64,000 nt of DNA from Octopus bimaculoides (GCF_001194135.2 NC_068998.1:34482019-34546018); one strand, 5' to 3'; positions 12,610 through 25,550 are shown, numbered from the stretch's first letter. Numbers and translations are program-made. Notes: generated by a model from the letters alone, not told the origin.

Positions 12610-14110
12610 GGTAAACAACTGTAATTGGTGTTCGTCGACTTAGAGAAAAACTTCAAGAGGTTCCTTCAACCTTTGGCCTGGAGGTCAATGCAGAAGCTAA
12701 CAATAGATGAATGGTCTGTGAAAGTTTTACAAGCTACACAAAGAGTTGCTGTCATTAAAGTGAGAGCTAGCAATGAGTACAGCAATGAATTTAGAATATA
12801 TGTAGGAGTTTACAAAGACTCAGTTCTCAATCCTCTACCAAGTCATCATATTCCTCCAGACTGAAACAGAGGAGAGTAAGCAGAAAAACAGACAAGACAC
12901 TACTCCTTTCGGTAAAATGACTCTACTCAATAAGAAGAAAAGGTGTGTAGATAGATACAAGTTACTTGGTGCAAACAATGTCTACACAAGATGTGCAGTG
13001 GAATCATAGGAAGATTAACAGAGAAAGCAGACTTTGTATGTGGCAGATGTGCAGGAATGATAAATACTAAAAAACACATAGGAAATAGACTTTCTTGCAT
13101 GTTCAGGAAAATAACTTCAGGTTGTAGAAATGTTTTATTACATAAGTAATCTAATTAGTAGTAGAGATGGATGTTCTGAAAGTAAGATGCTAAAATAAGA
13201 ACTGACTGAAAAGATTTCAGAGAACAATTACTCTTGATGATAAAAGCAGAAGGAAAGGTAGATTGTATGATCAGGGCTGGATTAAGACCCATCGAGACCC
13301 TAAGCCCTTAAAAGATTTTGGTACCCCCATAAAAGATTATGTAATTCAAAATATAAACCTTAGCAAACCATAAAATAATTTTTTATTTTTCAAAACAAAA
13401 CAAAACAGTAAGAGAGAAAATAATGTTTATTTTTGTATACTTCCACTTCATTTATATTTGAAAAGTTATCTCCTACTTTTTGAATTGCAAAGATCCTCAA
13501 AATTAATCTTAGGTAACACATCAGATCCTCAAAATTAATCTTAGGTAATACATCTGCATCTATATTTAGTAGAGATAAAGGCATCCCGAATATTATTTTA
13601 GCAAGTTTAAAATGATTTCTGTGCCATAAACCATTTACCATTACTGTGGTGCTCCCTCCTTCCCTTGATGCCCTAAGCACATGCTTATTTTACTTAATGG
13701 TTAATCCAGTCACGCTTGTGTACCAACAACAGACAGAATACATGTGAAAACATGAAAGAAACTAAGCTAGCATCCTCTGGATTTGCATTATTTGCATTAT
13801 CAGTAGACATGTACAGCAAAGTGCAAATGTGTTAAGAGAAGAATTAGGCATAAGAGGAATTGGATGTAGGGTGCAAAAGGAAGACTGTGCTAGTATGGTC
13901 ATGTGATGTATATGAATGAAAAAGCTGCATAAAGAGATTCTGATTTCTAAATGTTTATAAAACCTGTGGGAGAGGGAGACTCAGGGAGAAGCAGGACAAA
14001 GTAGTGAAGACTAACCTCAGAATGTTAAGTCTTGTGAAAATGATAAAGTTCTGAGATCATTGACGATTCACTGTGCTTGAGAAGATCCATGCATCACAGC
14101 AAAAGTGAGG
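12610..14110 (+). mobile_element. RTE LINE ORF2 fragment, interrupted by a hAT element
   Basis: VFVDLEK...IDEW...KVRASNEYSNEF..VGV (RT motifs), Cys-rich insert HKMCSG...FVCGRC, GRLYD/ACV split at the insertion, C-terminal region to ~14110. Confidence 0.85.
13272..13714 (-). mobile_element. Internally deleted hAT (Tip100-like) element nested in the RTE
   Basis: Ends CAGGGCTGGATTAA / TTAATCCAGTCACG. Minus strand LSLLNIDADVLPKINFEDL...FAIQK resembles the hAT C-terminal dimerisation domain. Internal 32-bp tandem duplication at ~13491-13555. Confidence 0.7.
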
Positions 14111-14129
14111 TCCCATATGCATTATGCTT

Positions 14130-15080
14130 ATATTTATATATACTGAGCCCTGACCCTCTACCCAGTCTGTCCCTATCAAGCCTTCTTCACTTCTCATATT
14201 CTTAACATCCAGCCCTCCATCATGCTTCTAATAATAGCACTATTTAGCTCCTGTATTTATTTACAAGCAAAGCTACACTTACTTCATTCACTTCTGTGCT
14301 ACTAGTAATCCCTCTTCCTTGGAACCACTTCCTTTTCACGTCAGCCCTTCATTCTTCATTATCATCCCTTCCCACTTTATTTTCTACTGATCACCTTCTT
14401 CGTGCCACCAGTTATCACTCTCTTTCCCCTGAGCTACATTTTATGACTTCCATAGCTCATCCATAACACCCTATCATATCAGCTCTCATTCTCAATACCT
14501 TCTCTTCTTGATGATTGGTAGCCCACCATCACCTTTGTCTGCCACCCTCTATATCCAACTCTACACAGCTCCGACCTTCATCCTGTTACTATACATCCCC
14601 ACCCACTCACAGCATATCTCCTTCCTATTTTCTGATCTATCTACAGTTCTCTTATACTGCTCCTTTCTACCCATTTTGTACTGTTACCTACCACTTCCTC
14701 CTTTCCTGAATCTCTCCCATTTGCTTTCATCTACCCCAACCATACACACACTCTTCTTCACCATCCACTACACTCACCTCTACCCCATTTCTAACCACCT
14801 GACACTCTTTTTACACACTCTTATGAACTTTACCATCCATCCTACACAATCCTCTATCTGTATTCTCTCTTAAGCTCACCATTTTGTACCTTGGGTGTGT
14901 ACTCAGGTACCTTTCCACTTGCATCTTTATTTCTCTTTCCAGTTACTCCTAGCCATCCTTATATAATGCAGGGTCACTCTGAATCTTCTCTTCTGAAAGA
15001 CACCTGCTGCTCTACATCACTTCTTTCTCAATTACATCTCTAATCAGTCAATGGAGCTTTCTTTTTTATATACAACTTAC
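14130..15080. repeat. Pyrimidine-rich low-complexity tract
   Basis: Strong C/T excess on the plus strand without clear periodicity. Confidence 0.6.
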
Positions 15081-15290
15081 TCTGCAACTTCACTCATAAT
15101 TAGTGTTATGAGAAAACCACACTATAATGTGGTTGGTATCAAGACAGGCATTCAGAGATAGAAATCATGCCAAAACAGACATTGGCAATTTATGCAGTCT
15201 TGCAGCTCATTGGATCCAGTGGAACTGCCCAACCCACACCAGTAAAGCAGACTTTAAATAACTATGATGAAGATGATGATGGTAGTGGCA

Positions 15291-15337
<47 letters not shown>

Positions 15338-15690
15338 AATATGAGAGTAGAAAAACAGCAAACAACTGATGAAGGGCCGTTCTTTATGCTGTTTGCCTTG
15401 TTTTCCATTTGTGTCTTTTGTTGTTCAAAAAAATAGTTCATATTCCATGTACTTGTACTNNNNNNNNNNNNNNNNNNNNNNNNNNNNNNNNNNNNNNNNN
15501 NNNNNNNNNNNNNNNNNNNNNNNNNNNNNNNNNNNNNNNNNNNNNNNNNNNNNNNNNNNNNNNNNNNNNNNNNNNNNNNNNNNNNNNNNNNNNNNNNNNN
15601 NNNNNNNNNNNNNNNNNNNNNNNNNNNNNNNNNNNNNNNNNNNNNNNNNNNNNNNNNNNNNNNNNNNNNNNNNNNNNNNNNNNNNNNNNN

Positions 15691-15743
<53 letters not shown>

Positions 15744-16065
15744 CATACATGCACTAGTTTCAAGAATTTGTCAGAAAAACATCTGTCCATGGACACACAG
15801 ACTTACTTATGAGTACACCAAGGTCAACTTTGCCTTTCATCCTTTCAAGTCGATAAATTAAATACCAGTTGCATACTGGGGTTGATCTAATCGACTGGTC
15901 CCCTCCCCCTATGGTAACTGAAATTATTACATGCTGATGATTGTGAAAAGGCCAGCATCCTACGGATATCAAGTGGTTAAATAAATATATTCACCTCTTA
16001 TGATCTCTCTCTCTATATATATATATGTATATACATCCCAATGTACATTATCAATCAAAAGTCTA

Positions 16066-17617
16066 TACTACACAGAAGATATCTAGTCTGTTTTTTTTAG
16101 CTTTTCTAAAACAATATTTTTGTTGAAATTAAACAATTTGTTGTATTCAACCTTTTTAAAAATCGATGTCATTCCTCTATCCATAGACAAAATATAGTAA
16201 TAAATTCTAGTATGATTATCTTGAACATTCTTTGAATCCTTCACATACCATTAGCAAACTTTTCTGAGTGTATGAACTCCAAATTTCTCATATTCTTCCT
16301 GAATTGCTGTAATTAAAGATAACTTGGTTTTAAAAATTTCTTAAAATTCAGCTCTGACTTAATGATCAATCATAAATATTTAGTAGGTTCATGTCTGGAG
16401 TCTGTCCATATAAATGAAATTATCAATTTCATGATTTTGAAGAAATTATTTCTCTTACTCAGCAGAATGAACAAGAGTATTGTCCTGTTGTTATATGGCC
16501 TGTCTGGAAGGTTTGAATTGGTGAATAAAATGAAGAGGCTACTCTTGTAGAATATCTTTTTTTGTAAATAATGCATAGTGACACTTTCATCCCCAGTGTC
16601 AGTGAACCAATACTTTTACTGATGAATTACTTCTATACCATTTTAGCAACAGCCCTGACTCTTATCAGTCATAGGCAATCATCTCTACACAGTTTCTTTG
16701 ATTTTCTCAGACTTACTTAAAGTTCACTTGGGTGTTTGATCCATTTCAGAAAATGGTATTTGGAAGAAACTGAGGTCCTTTCAGTATGATATTCTTTGTC
16801 AACAATTCTAAAAGACCAAAGTTTTCAAGCAAAAGCTTTAAGACAATTTCGAAATCATTTCAGAGATCTAATTGTGTTTCTGGAGGGAAATATTTTGCTA
16901 TTAAGAAGTGATATTGTTCTGCTTTTGTACTCGAGGCTAATTTTTGTGAGTGTTCTCTTATCTCTATTTTCCTGGAAGCTTATCTAATTCTCTTTGCCCC
17001 TTTTAATACTTCTATTAAAGAAGTACTTTCTTCATAATGTGAACAAATCCTTTATAAGTTTAAAAAGTTTGCTTTTTAGTGACAGTTATCAAATGAACAT
17101 GGAGGCACAATGGCCCAGTGGTTAGGGCAGCAGACTCGCGGTCATAGGATCGCGGTTTCGATTTCCAGACCGGGCGTTGTGAGTGTTTATTGAGCGAAAA
17201 CACCTAAAGCTCCACGAGGCTCCAGCAGGGGATGGTGGCAAACTCTGCTGTACTCTTTCTTCCTGTTTCTGTTGTGCCTGTAATTCAAAGGGTCAGCCTT
17301 GTCACACTGTGTCACGCTGAATATGTCCCCGAGAACTATGTTAAGGGTACACGTGTCTGTGGAGTGCTCAGCCACTTGCATGTTAATTTCATGAGCAGGC
17401 TGTTCCGTTGATCGGATCAACTGGAACCCTCAACGTCGTAAGCGACGGAGTACCAACAACAACATCAAATGAACACTAACTCTGATTCCTTAGAGTCTAC
17501 AAGAATAGTTTCCTTGTCATTCAACAGTGGTCTCTTGCCCATGAGAATTTTGTCCAAATCAAAGTTGATGCTCTTGACATAAGCATTACTTTCACTCTGG
17601 TATATTATGGGAAGGTA
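16066..17617 (-). mobile_element. Tc1-like transposon (DD34E), decayed, interrupted by a SINE
   Basis: ATG at 17542 gives MGKRPLLNDKETIL; QQDNTLVHSAE (16458-16490); PDMN (~16390); AIQEEYEKFG. About 970 bp of pseudo-ORF after removing the SINE. Weak ~21-bp TIRs flanked by TA. Confidence 0.65.
17101..17463 (+). mobile_element. Young full-length tRNA-derived SINE (family D) with 12-bp TSD
   Basis: A-box TGGCCCAGTGG, B-box GGTTTCGATTTCC, (AAC)n tail, TSD ATCAAATGAACA at 17088-17099 and 17464-17475, many CpGs retained. Confidence 0.9.
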
Positions 17618-18290
17618 TAGCTAAGTTGCCTACATAAATTCTATAGCAATCTCATCTCTTGAAGTGGAAGCTTCATGTCAGAATGTATTATTGCATGGCT
17701 TTTTGTAAACTCATCCATCCATGATGTGGTGATTGTCTCAACTCTTCTTCCATATTTTAATGACTCACTTTCTGTCGCTTTTTTCCTCTGTAGAAGCTAC
17801 AATTACTCACTACTCCCTAACTTTCCACACACATTAATGTTATTTTAGTTCAGCCTCAACAGTTCACCCCTAAGCCTGCTTTGTACAAAGACCTTACAAA
17901 TCCTTCAATTAATGTATAACAAACTTGTTTTTTTGTTTGTATTTTTCCGCAATCACAAAGTCACTATCCTGGCACACATTAGAGTAACAGTTTTGTACCC
18001 CAGTCATGATCATTATTGTGTCTCTAAGTATGATTGGTAAGAGAAAAACATCACATAAATAACATTTGTCACTTACATTATCTGTTGTCTGCTGGAGGAC
18101 GGTAGGGGTTTGCTCCCCTGCTGGCAAAATATATGTACAGAGTGCAGGCTGCACCTACAACCAGCCAGTGGAAGATCTGCCTGGGGTTAATCTAGTAGTA
18201 ACAGCTATATTGATGTGGCAAATAACTTTACTTGTTAGTATAGTTACCACTCTCTTCTCTTATTGAGATTTTACAACTAGCTACTTTGCT

Positions 18291-18323
<33 letters not shown>

Positions 18324-18334
18324 ATGTATTTATG

Positions 18335-18560
18335 TGTGTGTGTCTTTGTGTCTGTGTTTGTCCCCCCACCATTGCTTGACAACCAATGTTGGTGCGTTTC
18401 ATCTCTGTAACTAATAGTTCAGCAAAAAAAACCCGAAAGAATAAGTACTAGACTTACAAAGAATAAGTGCTGGGGATGATCTGTTCAACTAAAACCATTC
18501 AAGGCAGTGCTCCAGCATGGCTGCAATCAAATAAATGAGACAAGTAAAAGAATAAGAGAA
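18335..18560 (+). mobile_element. Family-A SINE 3' module
   Basis: gtctgtgtttgtccccccaccattgcttgacaacc...ccagcatggctgcaatcaaat following (TG)n. Confidence 0.75.
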
Positions 18561-18577
18561 TATATACTTATCAGCAT

Positions 18578-18870
18578 CATCATCATCATTTAACATCCGC
18601 CTTCCATGCTAGCATGGGTTGGACGATTTGACTGAGGACTGGTGAAACCAGATGGCTGCACCAGGCTCCAATCTGATCTGGCAGAGTTTCTACAGCTGGA
18701 TGCCCTTCCTAACGTCAACCACTCTAAGAGTATAGTGGGTGCTTTTACGTGCCACTGGCACAAGGGCCAGTCAGGCGGTACTGGCAACGGCCATGCTCAA
18801 AATGGTGTTTTTTACGTGCCACCTGCACAAGAGCCAGGCCAGTGGCACTGGCAATGACCTCGCTTGAATG
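18578..18870 (-). mobile_element. RTE 3' UTR copy with (CAT)n tail
   Basis: (cat)n ttaacatccgccttccatgctagcatgggttggac...gtttctacagctggatgcccttcctaacg. Confidence 0.85.
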
Positions 18871-19480
18871 TTATATATATATATGGTTAGATACCTATAT
18901 TTGTTTATTTTTTATCCACGCCTATGTATATTTCCATGTATACAAATATGCAAATAGTTGGGCATAGTCTTTCAGTTTACAATAAGAGCTATTGTTATTT
19001 TGGAGAAATTTGACCTCTGAGCTAGAACTCAATTTAATCTCTCTGTCAGTATTAATTAAGTCCTGTTATTGAAACCAGTATAAAGTTCTTCCCTAATAAT
19101 TTAATTTTCTTCAAATAATTTCATTTAAATCCATTGTCAATGCAAACGTGAGTAGAATAAAGGATTGTACCAAGTCTTTCATGCATACACACATCTTAAG
19201 AATAACTTTCTGTTACAATCTTCCATCCTAAAGTTCACTGGCACTTATCAGTCATTTCAGTCACCAATTCTAAGATAAACACACTTTTCTATACACAGTA
19301 AGCAATTTATTCTGTCCTACAGTTGGGATCAACCCAGAATTAAATTAGACTGTCAAGTTTGGATAGAATCTACCCATCTATATCAGATAATATTTGCATT
19401 ATGTAAAGTATATATTTTAATGTAATTTACAACCCTAAGAGTGTGTATGTGTGTGTGTGTGCATGTGTGTGTGTATGGGT

Positions 19481-19549
<69 letters not shown>

Positions 19550-19714
19550 CGTGCTCTCATGCATGTGTGTGTATATCTGTTCCAGCTTTTGTGTATTATT
19601 ATTTCGAATCCTGCTTTCTCATTGAAAAGTGGTAACACATCTGATGGAAGCTGTGACTGCTAGCATCAATTTCAAAAACCAGTAGAAGCAGTTTCCTTTA
19701 ATTGATTGGAAGCT

Positions 19715-20268
19715 CAACTGTTACAACGCATAACTGCATCAAGAAAGGCCGTTTCTATAAATTGCAGAGGGAACATGTGGATGGGGTAGACCCAGGAAGA
19801 TGCGGGACAAAGTGATGAGAAAGGAGCTTCAGAATTTTAGCTTCGCAGAGGATATGACAAGGTACTCAGACTTCTGGTGGTTTGCTGTGCTTGAAAAGAC
19901 ATGCTAAGCTAAGCAAAATCATGGCCATCCATGAATACAAGCATGTCCTCTACATCTGTATCTCAGCCAAGAGGTCCTAGTCTTGTGGACTCATGGGTGC
20001 AGGTGTCAGTGCCAGTGCTACATAGGAGCACTTGTGCTGGTGCCACATAAAAGTGCCCATGCTGGAGTTATGTAAAAGCATCCAGGCTGGTGCCACATTA
20101 AAAGCATTCAATACATTCTGTAAAGTGGTTGGCGTTAGGAAGGGCATCCAGCTGTAGAAACCATGCCAAACAGACAAATGGAGCATGGGAGCTCTCCAGT
20201 TGGCCAGTTCCTGTCTAATCATCCAATCCATGCCAGCATGGAAAACAGACATTAGACGATGACGATGT
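19715..20268 (+). mobile_element. RTE 3' end (ORF2 terminus plus UTR)
   Basis: EGTCGWGRPRKMRDKVMRKEL, gtgccacataaaag repeat units, ggcgttaggaagggcatccagctgtagaaac, (GAT)-type tail. Confidence 0.8.
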
Positions 20269-20589
20269 TACTGTCACACCCCGTCACTTGTGTACAATAT
20301 TTGTGTATCATACATGTATGCACTGGTGGTCAAAAGTCTGAAAACACTGATAAAAATAAAGTTTTATACTGCAATTGATAATGTAGATGATAAATAAAGA
20401 ATGTATTTTATGATAATATTCACAGATAACATGCAAATATTAATGTTATACTACTTACAATAAATAATCCCACCAAACTTAGAAGCTGAGTTGTAATAGC
20501 CAGGTATTGAATTTGGTTGTCAGAGGTTGTTTGAGAAGCATTTCTTTGTTGTGGGTGCTCATCTCCCCTATATCTTCTCAGCTTATCTA

Positions 20590-21290
20590 CATTAGGACGA
20601 TTACCAGCCACAACTGTGAGATGGAGGTTTATTAAATGTTCCCATACCTTGTCACCACCATCAAGGACAACCTCTTTCAAGATTTTGATATTAACAGACA
20701 TTTTAAAAGAACATATTCCACAATAGCCAGATTGGTAATACAAGTCTGGAAAGCACTGAGCTAATGTTGCACACTAAGGTTGCATTCTGCAATGCTGATG
20801 TCTTCACTACACTGCTTTATGGCAGTGAGAGCTGGAGCTTCTACTCCAGGCAAGAGCAGAATCTCAACACTTTCCACTATCACAGCCTGAGATAAATCCT
20901 GGACATCAAGTGGACTTAATTATCAACAATGAGATCCTGGTTCTTGCACAGACACTCATTTTCTTCTTCCAAATGCAACAATGATGCTTCTTCTGTCTGG
21001 GCTGTTTACACTACATGGCAGATAGGAGGATCCTAAGACACATGCCATATGGAGAACTGGCCTCCAGCAGGGGTGACTCCTTTTTTGTTTCAAGGAAGTC
21101 TGCAAGAGGTCTCTTTGCATAAACACTGAAAGATGAGAGGACAGGAACTTGACAATGCAGGGTTTGAAATGATGAATGGAGAGGCAGATTGTACCTTTGG
21201 ATTCAGGTATTGCAGCCAGGACTGTCACTCACATGTGCATCTCTGTAGTTCACAGCAGACTATTTGCTGCCAAGAACACCAAAGTAGGAC
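20590..21290 (+). mobile_element. RTE (BovB-like) LINE ORF2 C-terminal fragment
   Basis: PYLVTTIKDNL...DINRHF...IARL..QVW, TKVAFCNADVFTTLLYGSESWSFYSRQEQNLNTFH, MADRRILRHMPYGELAS. Confidence 0.85.
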
Positions 21291-22244
21291 TTTCTTGTAA
21301 GATTAAACATATTCCTCTCTCTCTCTCTCTCTCCCTTCTTCTCTCTCTCCCTTCTTCTCTCTCTCCCCCTTCCTCTCTCTCTCTCTATCTCTTTATATAT
21401 ATATATATATATATNNNNNNNNNNNNNNNNNNNNNNNNNNNNNNNNNNNNNNNNNNNNNNNNNNNNNNNNNNNNNNNNNNNNNNNNNNNNNNNNNNNNNN
21501 NNNNNNNNNNNNNNNNNNNNNNNNNNNNNNNNNNNNNNNNNNNNNNNNNNNNNNNNNNNNNNNNNNNNNNNNNNNNNNNNNNNNNNNNNNNNNNNNNNNG
21601 TGTGTGTGTGTGTGTGCATGCGTGTGTGTGTGTGTGTGCATGCGTGTGTGTGTGTAAAATGGATGAAAATACATAGCAGAATTAAAAGAACTGTGATCTT
21701 ATTTTAGAAAAATTAAAAGATTAAGTACAAGTGTAATATTTAATTTAGATATATCAAATATTCTTAACCTACATTTTGACTGCTATCATCTATTCAAATT
21801 AACTTATCAAAGGAAAACACTGTTGTGACTACAGTATTTGAAGTATATAGTGTTGAAATTGTTGCAGCTACACAGAGAACTAAGGTATCAGGTTTGAAGA
21901 CAAAAAATGTTCACTAAAAAAAATAAGTATATGATTTTTAAACAGTTTAAGTGATAGGTTAAGCTTTTTAAACAATATAGTGCCGTAGAAAGATTGATAG
22001 GCAGATATAGTAATGAGAAGCAGATATTTAGACAGGTCGAGGTGAGAGTATTATGAGCAGAAGAATGAGGTAGTCAGGATACAAGTTAAAGAGTAGTTAG
22101 TTGAACTTAAGTTCCAAGCAGGTCGTAAATTACTTTGGCCTTTTATGTAGATTATTAAGAAAAACTGAATAGTTTTTATAAGTTACATGAAGGCACATAT
22201 GTATACATATATGCACACAGATGTGCTTCATCACCATACAGGCG

Positions 22245-22644
22245 CAGGTGTGGCTGCCATGGGTTGGACAGGAGGCTGCACTAGGCTCCAATCTGATTTG
22301 GCAAGGTTTCTACAGCTGGATGCTCTTCCTGGTGCCAACCACTCCGAGAATGTAGTGGGTGCTTTTTACATGCCACCAGCATGAGGGCCAGTCAAGCAGC
22401 ACTGGCATCGGTTTCGCTTGAATGGGGCTTTTTACGTGACATCAGCACGAGTGCCAGTGAAGCGGCACTGGCATCGGCCACACTGGAATGGTGCATTTTA
22501 CATGCCATCAGAACAGGGGTGCTTTTTTATCATCATCATCATCATCATCATTTAATGTCCGTTGTCCATGCTAGCATGGGTTGGACAGTTTGACCAAGGT
22601 TGGTAAGCTGAGGGGCTGTACCAGATCCCAGTCTCATTTGGCAT

Positions 22645-22717
<73 letters not shown>

Positions 22718-23352
22718 GCATTTAAAGTCCACTTTCCATGCTAGCGTGGGTTTGACGATTTGCAACCAGTTGGCTGCACTAGGCTCCAATCTGATTTGGC
22801 AGAGTTTCTACAGCTGGATGCCCTTCCTAACGCCAACCACTCTGAGAGTGTAGTGGGTGCTTTTACGTGCTACTGGCACGAAGGCCAGTCAGGCGGTAAT
22901 GGCAACAGCCACACTCAAAATGGTGTATTTTACATGCCACCTGCACAAGAGCCAGTCCAGCAGCACTGGCAGCGATCTCGCTCGAATGTCTTTACACGTG
23001 CCATCAGCACAAGTGCCAGGAAGGCGACGCTGGGCACAGGTGCCATCACGATTTCACTTTCACTTGCCCCAACAGGTCTTTGCAAGCCGAGTTCCATGTC
23101 CAATGAAGGAGACGATGTTGGCATGGGTGCCAGTCGTCGAATTTAGTTCGATTTCGATTTCACTTGCCTCAACATGTCTTCACAAGCAGAGTTTAGTGTC
23201 CAATGAAGGAAAGGTACGCATAAGTGGGATGGCTACACCCCTGGCAGAGGCCTTGGATTTAGGTCTCACTTGGCTTGCCGGGTCTTCTCACGCACACCAT
23301 TTTCCAAAGGTCTCGGTCAGAAGTCATTGCCTCAGTAAGGCCCAATGTTCGA
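22245..23352 (-). mobile_element. Three co-oriented RTE 3'-end copies (22257-22520, 22521-22647, 22684-23352)
   Basis: Repeated catgctagc(a/g)tgggtt and gtttctacagctggatgc modules, the second and third preceded by (CAT)n. The longest copy reaches the ORF2 terminus. Confidence 0.85.
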
Positions 23353-23355
23353 ATT

Positions 23356-23384
<29 letters not shown>

Positions 23385-23392
<8 letters not shown>

Positions 23393-23615
23393 ATTTTTAT
23401 GCCTGTGTTTGTCTCCCCACCATCGCCTGACAACCACTGTTGGTGTGTTTACATCCCTGTAACCTAGTAGTTCAGCAAAAGAGACAGCCAGAATAAGTAC
23501 TAGGCTGACAAAAGTTAGTCCTGGGGTCGATTTCTCCAACTACAAAAATATCTTTTAAGGTGGTGCTTCAGTGTGGCAGCAGCCAAATGACAGAAACAAG
23601 GAAAAGTAAAGTAAA
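23385..23615 (+). mobile_element. Family-A SINE 3' module
   Basis: cctgtgtttgtctccccaccatcgcctgacaacc...agaataagtactaggct after (TA)(TG). Confidence 0.75.
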
Positions 23616-24734
23616 AGAATAGAACATCTGAAAATGTTGAGACATTTTAAGCTGCAAATGTTTTACTGATTCCATGCATTCTCTTCTGTATTCAGATCAG
23701 GGATGATCTGTGCCACGACCCATTTGAGCAGTAGCATAAGCTTTAAGTCAAGTGTCATACATTTTGCAGAGTGCAGTATGTGTCATCCAGTTGGAGTGTG
23801 ATGCAGTATTGGATGATCATATGAGCTGACAGTTTCTTATTCAAAATATCCAAGTGGGGTTTAGAATTTATCATTTTTACCTTGAGGCATTCTGTAAAAT
23901 CCAGCTGTCCCTTTTGCTGGAATTTCATCAATTCATAATGAATAGGCGTTGCTTGAATCTTGCAAATGAGTACCTGATTTTGTAGGTGGAGTTTGATAGA
24001 CAATGATGGAAAGGCGTATTAGATGTAAATTGCTTAACAGATGTTTTATTGCTAAACATGATCAGTCAGTCCTCTGTAATTCAATTTTTATGTGAAATGG
24101 CATAAAATTCTTGATATAATAGTGTTTTTTTCATTCAATGTCATGCAAGTAGATGGCAGTCTTCCAGTGATCAATGACCTTCTGTCATATTGCTGCATTT
24201 TACTTCACTGGCAAATGGACTGCTAAAATACTGCTAGATGAGAAAGGGGATAGAAACCAAGGGCAATGAATCATTTCATTGGTCTGCAAACTAACGACAC
24301 AATGTCAGCCTGAGCTGTCAAATGAATTGTATCTACCTACCAGACGAAGTTGTAACAAACCTTTCGGGACAGCACTATCAGAAATTGTAGCAGAACATGT
24401 GTCCATGGCCATGTAAAGTAAAACTTTTAGTCCTTTTTCCTATTCAGATGACAATTCTATAGATTTATATGAAATAAGTTGCTTTCAATGTTAGCTACAT
24501 GATAAAATTCTAAAATAACATTTCATCAGTCCTCTATTATTAATACTCAGTATAAATTAATTAACTTTGTTATTTGCAAATACATTTTACAAGATAATTA
24601 GGTTTTATCTTTATATCAAAATATATTTGGAAAAAGAGTAAATGTCATCTCTATATACTAACTCTCGACTAGAAATTTATGCTTATATGTGTGTGCTTGC
24701 GTGTCTGAAGCATACATATATATATCAACTGCTA

Positions 24735-24766
<32 letters not shown>

Positions 24767-25463
24767 NNNNNNNNNNNNNNNNNNNNNNNNNNNNNNNNNN
24801 NNNNNNNNNNNNNNNNNNNNNNNNNNNNNNNNNNNNNNNNNNNNNNNNNNNNNNNNNNNNNNNNNNNNNNNNNNNNNNNNNNNNNNNNNNNNNNNNNNNN
24901 NNNNNNNNNNNNNNNNNNNNNNNNNNNNNNNNNNNNNNNNNNNNNNNNNNNNNNNNNNNNNNNNNNNNNNNNNNNNNNNNNNNNNNNNNNNNNNNNNNNN
25001 NNNNNNNNNNNNNNNNNNNNNNNNNNNNNNNNNNNNNNNNNNNNNNNNNNNNNNNNNNNNNNNNNNNNNNNNNNNNNNNNNNNNNNNNNNNNNNNNNNNN
25101 NNNNNNNNNNNNNNNNNNNNNNNNNNNNNNNNNNNNNNNNNNNNNNNNNNNNNNNNNNNNNNNNNNNNNNNNNNNNNNNNNNNNNNNNNNNNNNNNNNNN
25201 NNNNNNNNNNNNNNNNNNNNNNNNNNNNNNNNNNNNNNNNNNNNNNNNNNNNNNNNNNNNNNNNNNNNNNNNNNNNNNNNNNNNNNNNNNNNNNNNNNNN
25301 NNNNNNNNNNNNNNNNNNNNNNNNNNNNNNNNNNNNNNNNNNNNNNNNNNNNNNNNNNNNNNNNNNNNNNNNNNNNNNNNNNNNNNNNNNNNNNNNNNNN
25401 NNNNNNNNNNNNNNNNNNNNNNNNNNNNNNNNNNNNNNNNNNNNNNNNNNNNNNNNNNNNNNN

Positions 25464-25521
<58 letters not shown>

Positions 25522-25550
25522 TTTCATACACACACACACATATATATATA

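Noticed and set aside
20420-20743. 107-aa minus ORF with a GTAAGT donor near 20459
   Set aside because: Most of it is the antisense shadow of the plus-strand RTE RT region (YLVTTIKDNL). The remainder is unsupported.
23880-23972. 93-nt AG...GT segment on the minus strand (VLICK...CLK), and similar micro-candidates near 47627, 50490, 52388 and 55190
   Set aside because: Weak splice sites, no recognisable protein and no consistent multi-exon frame; expected by chance in 64 kb.
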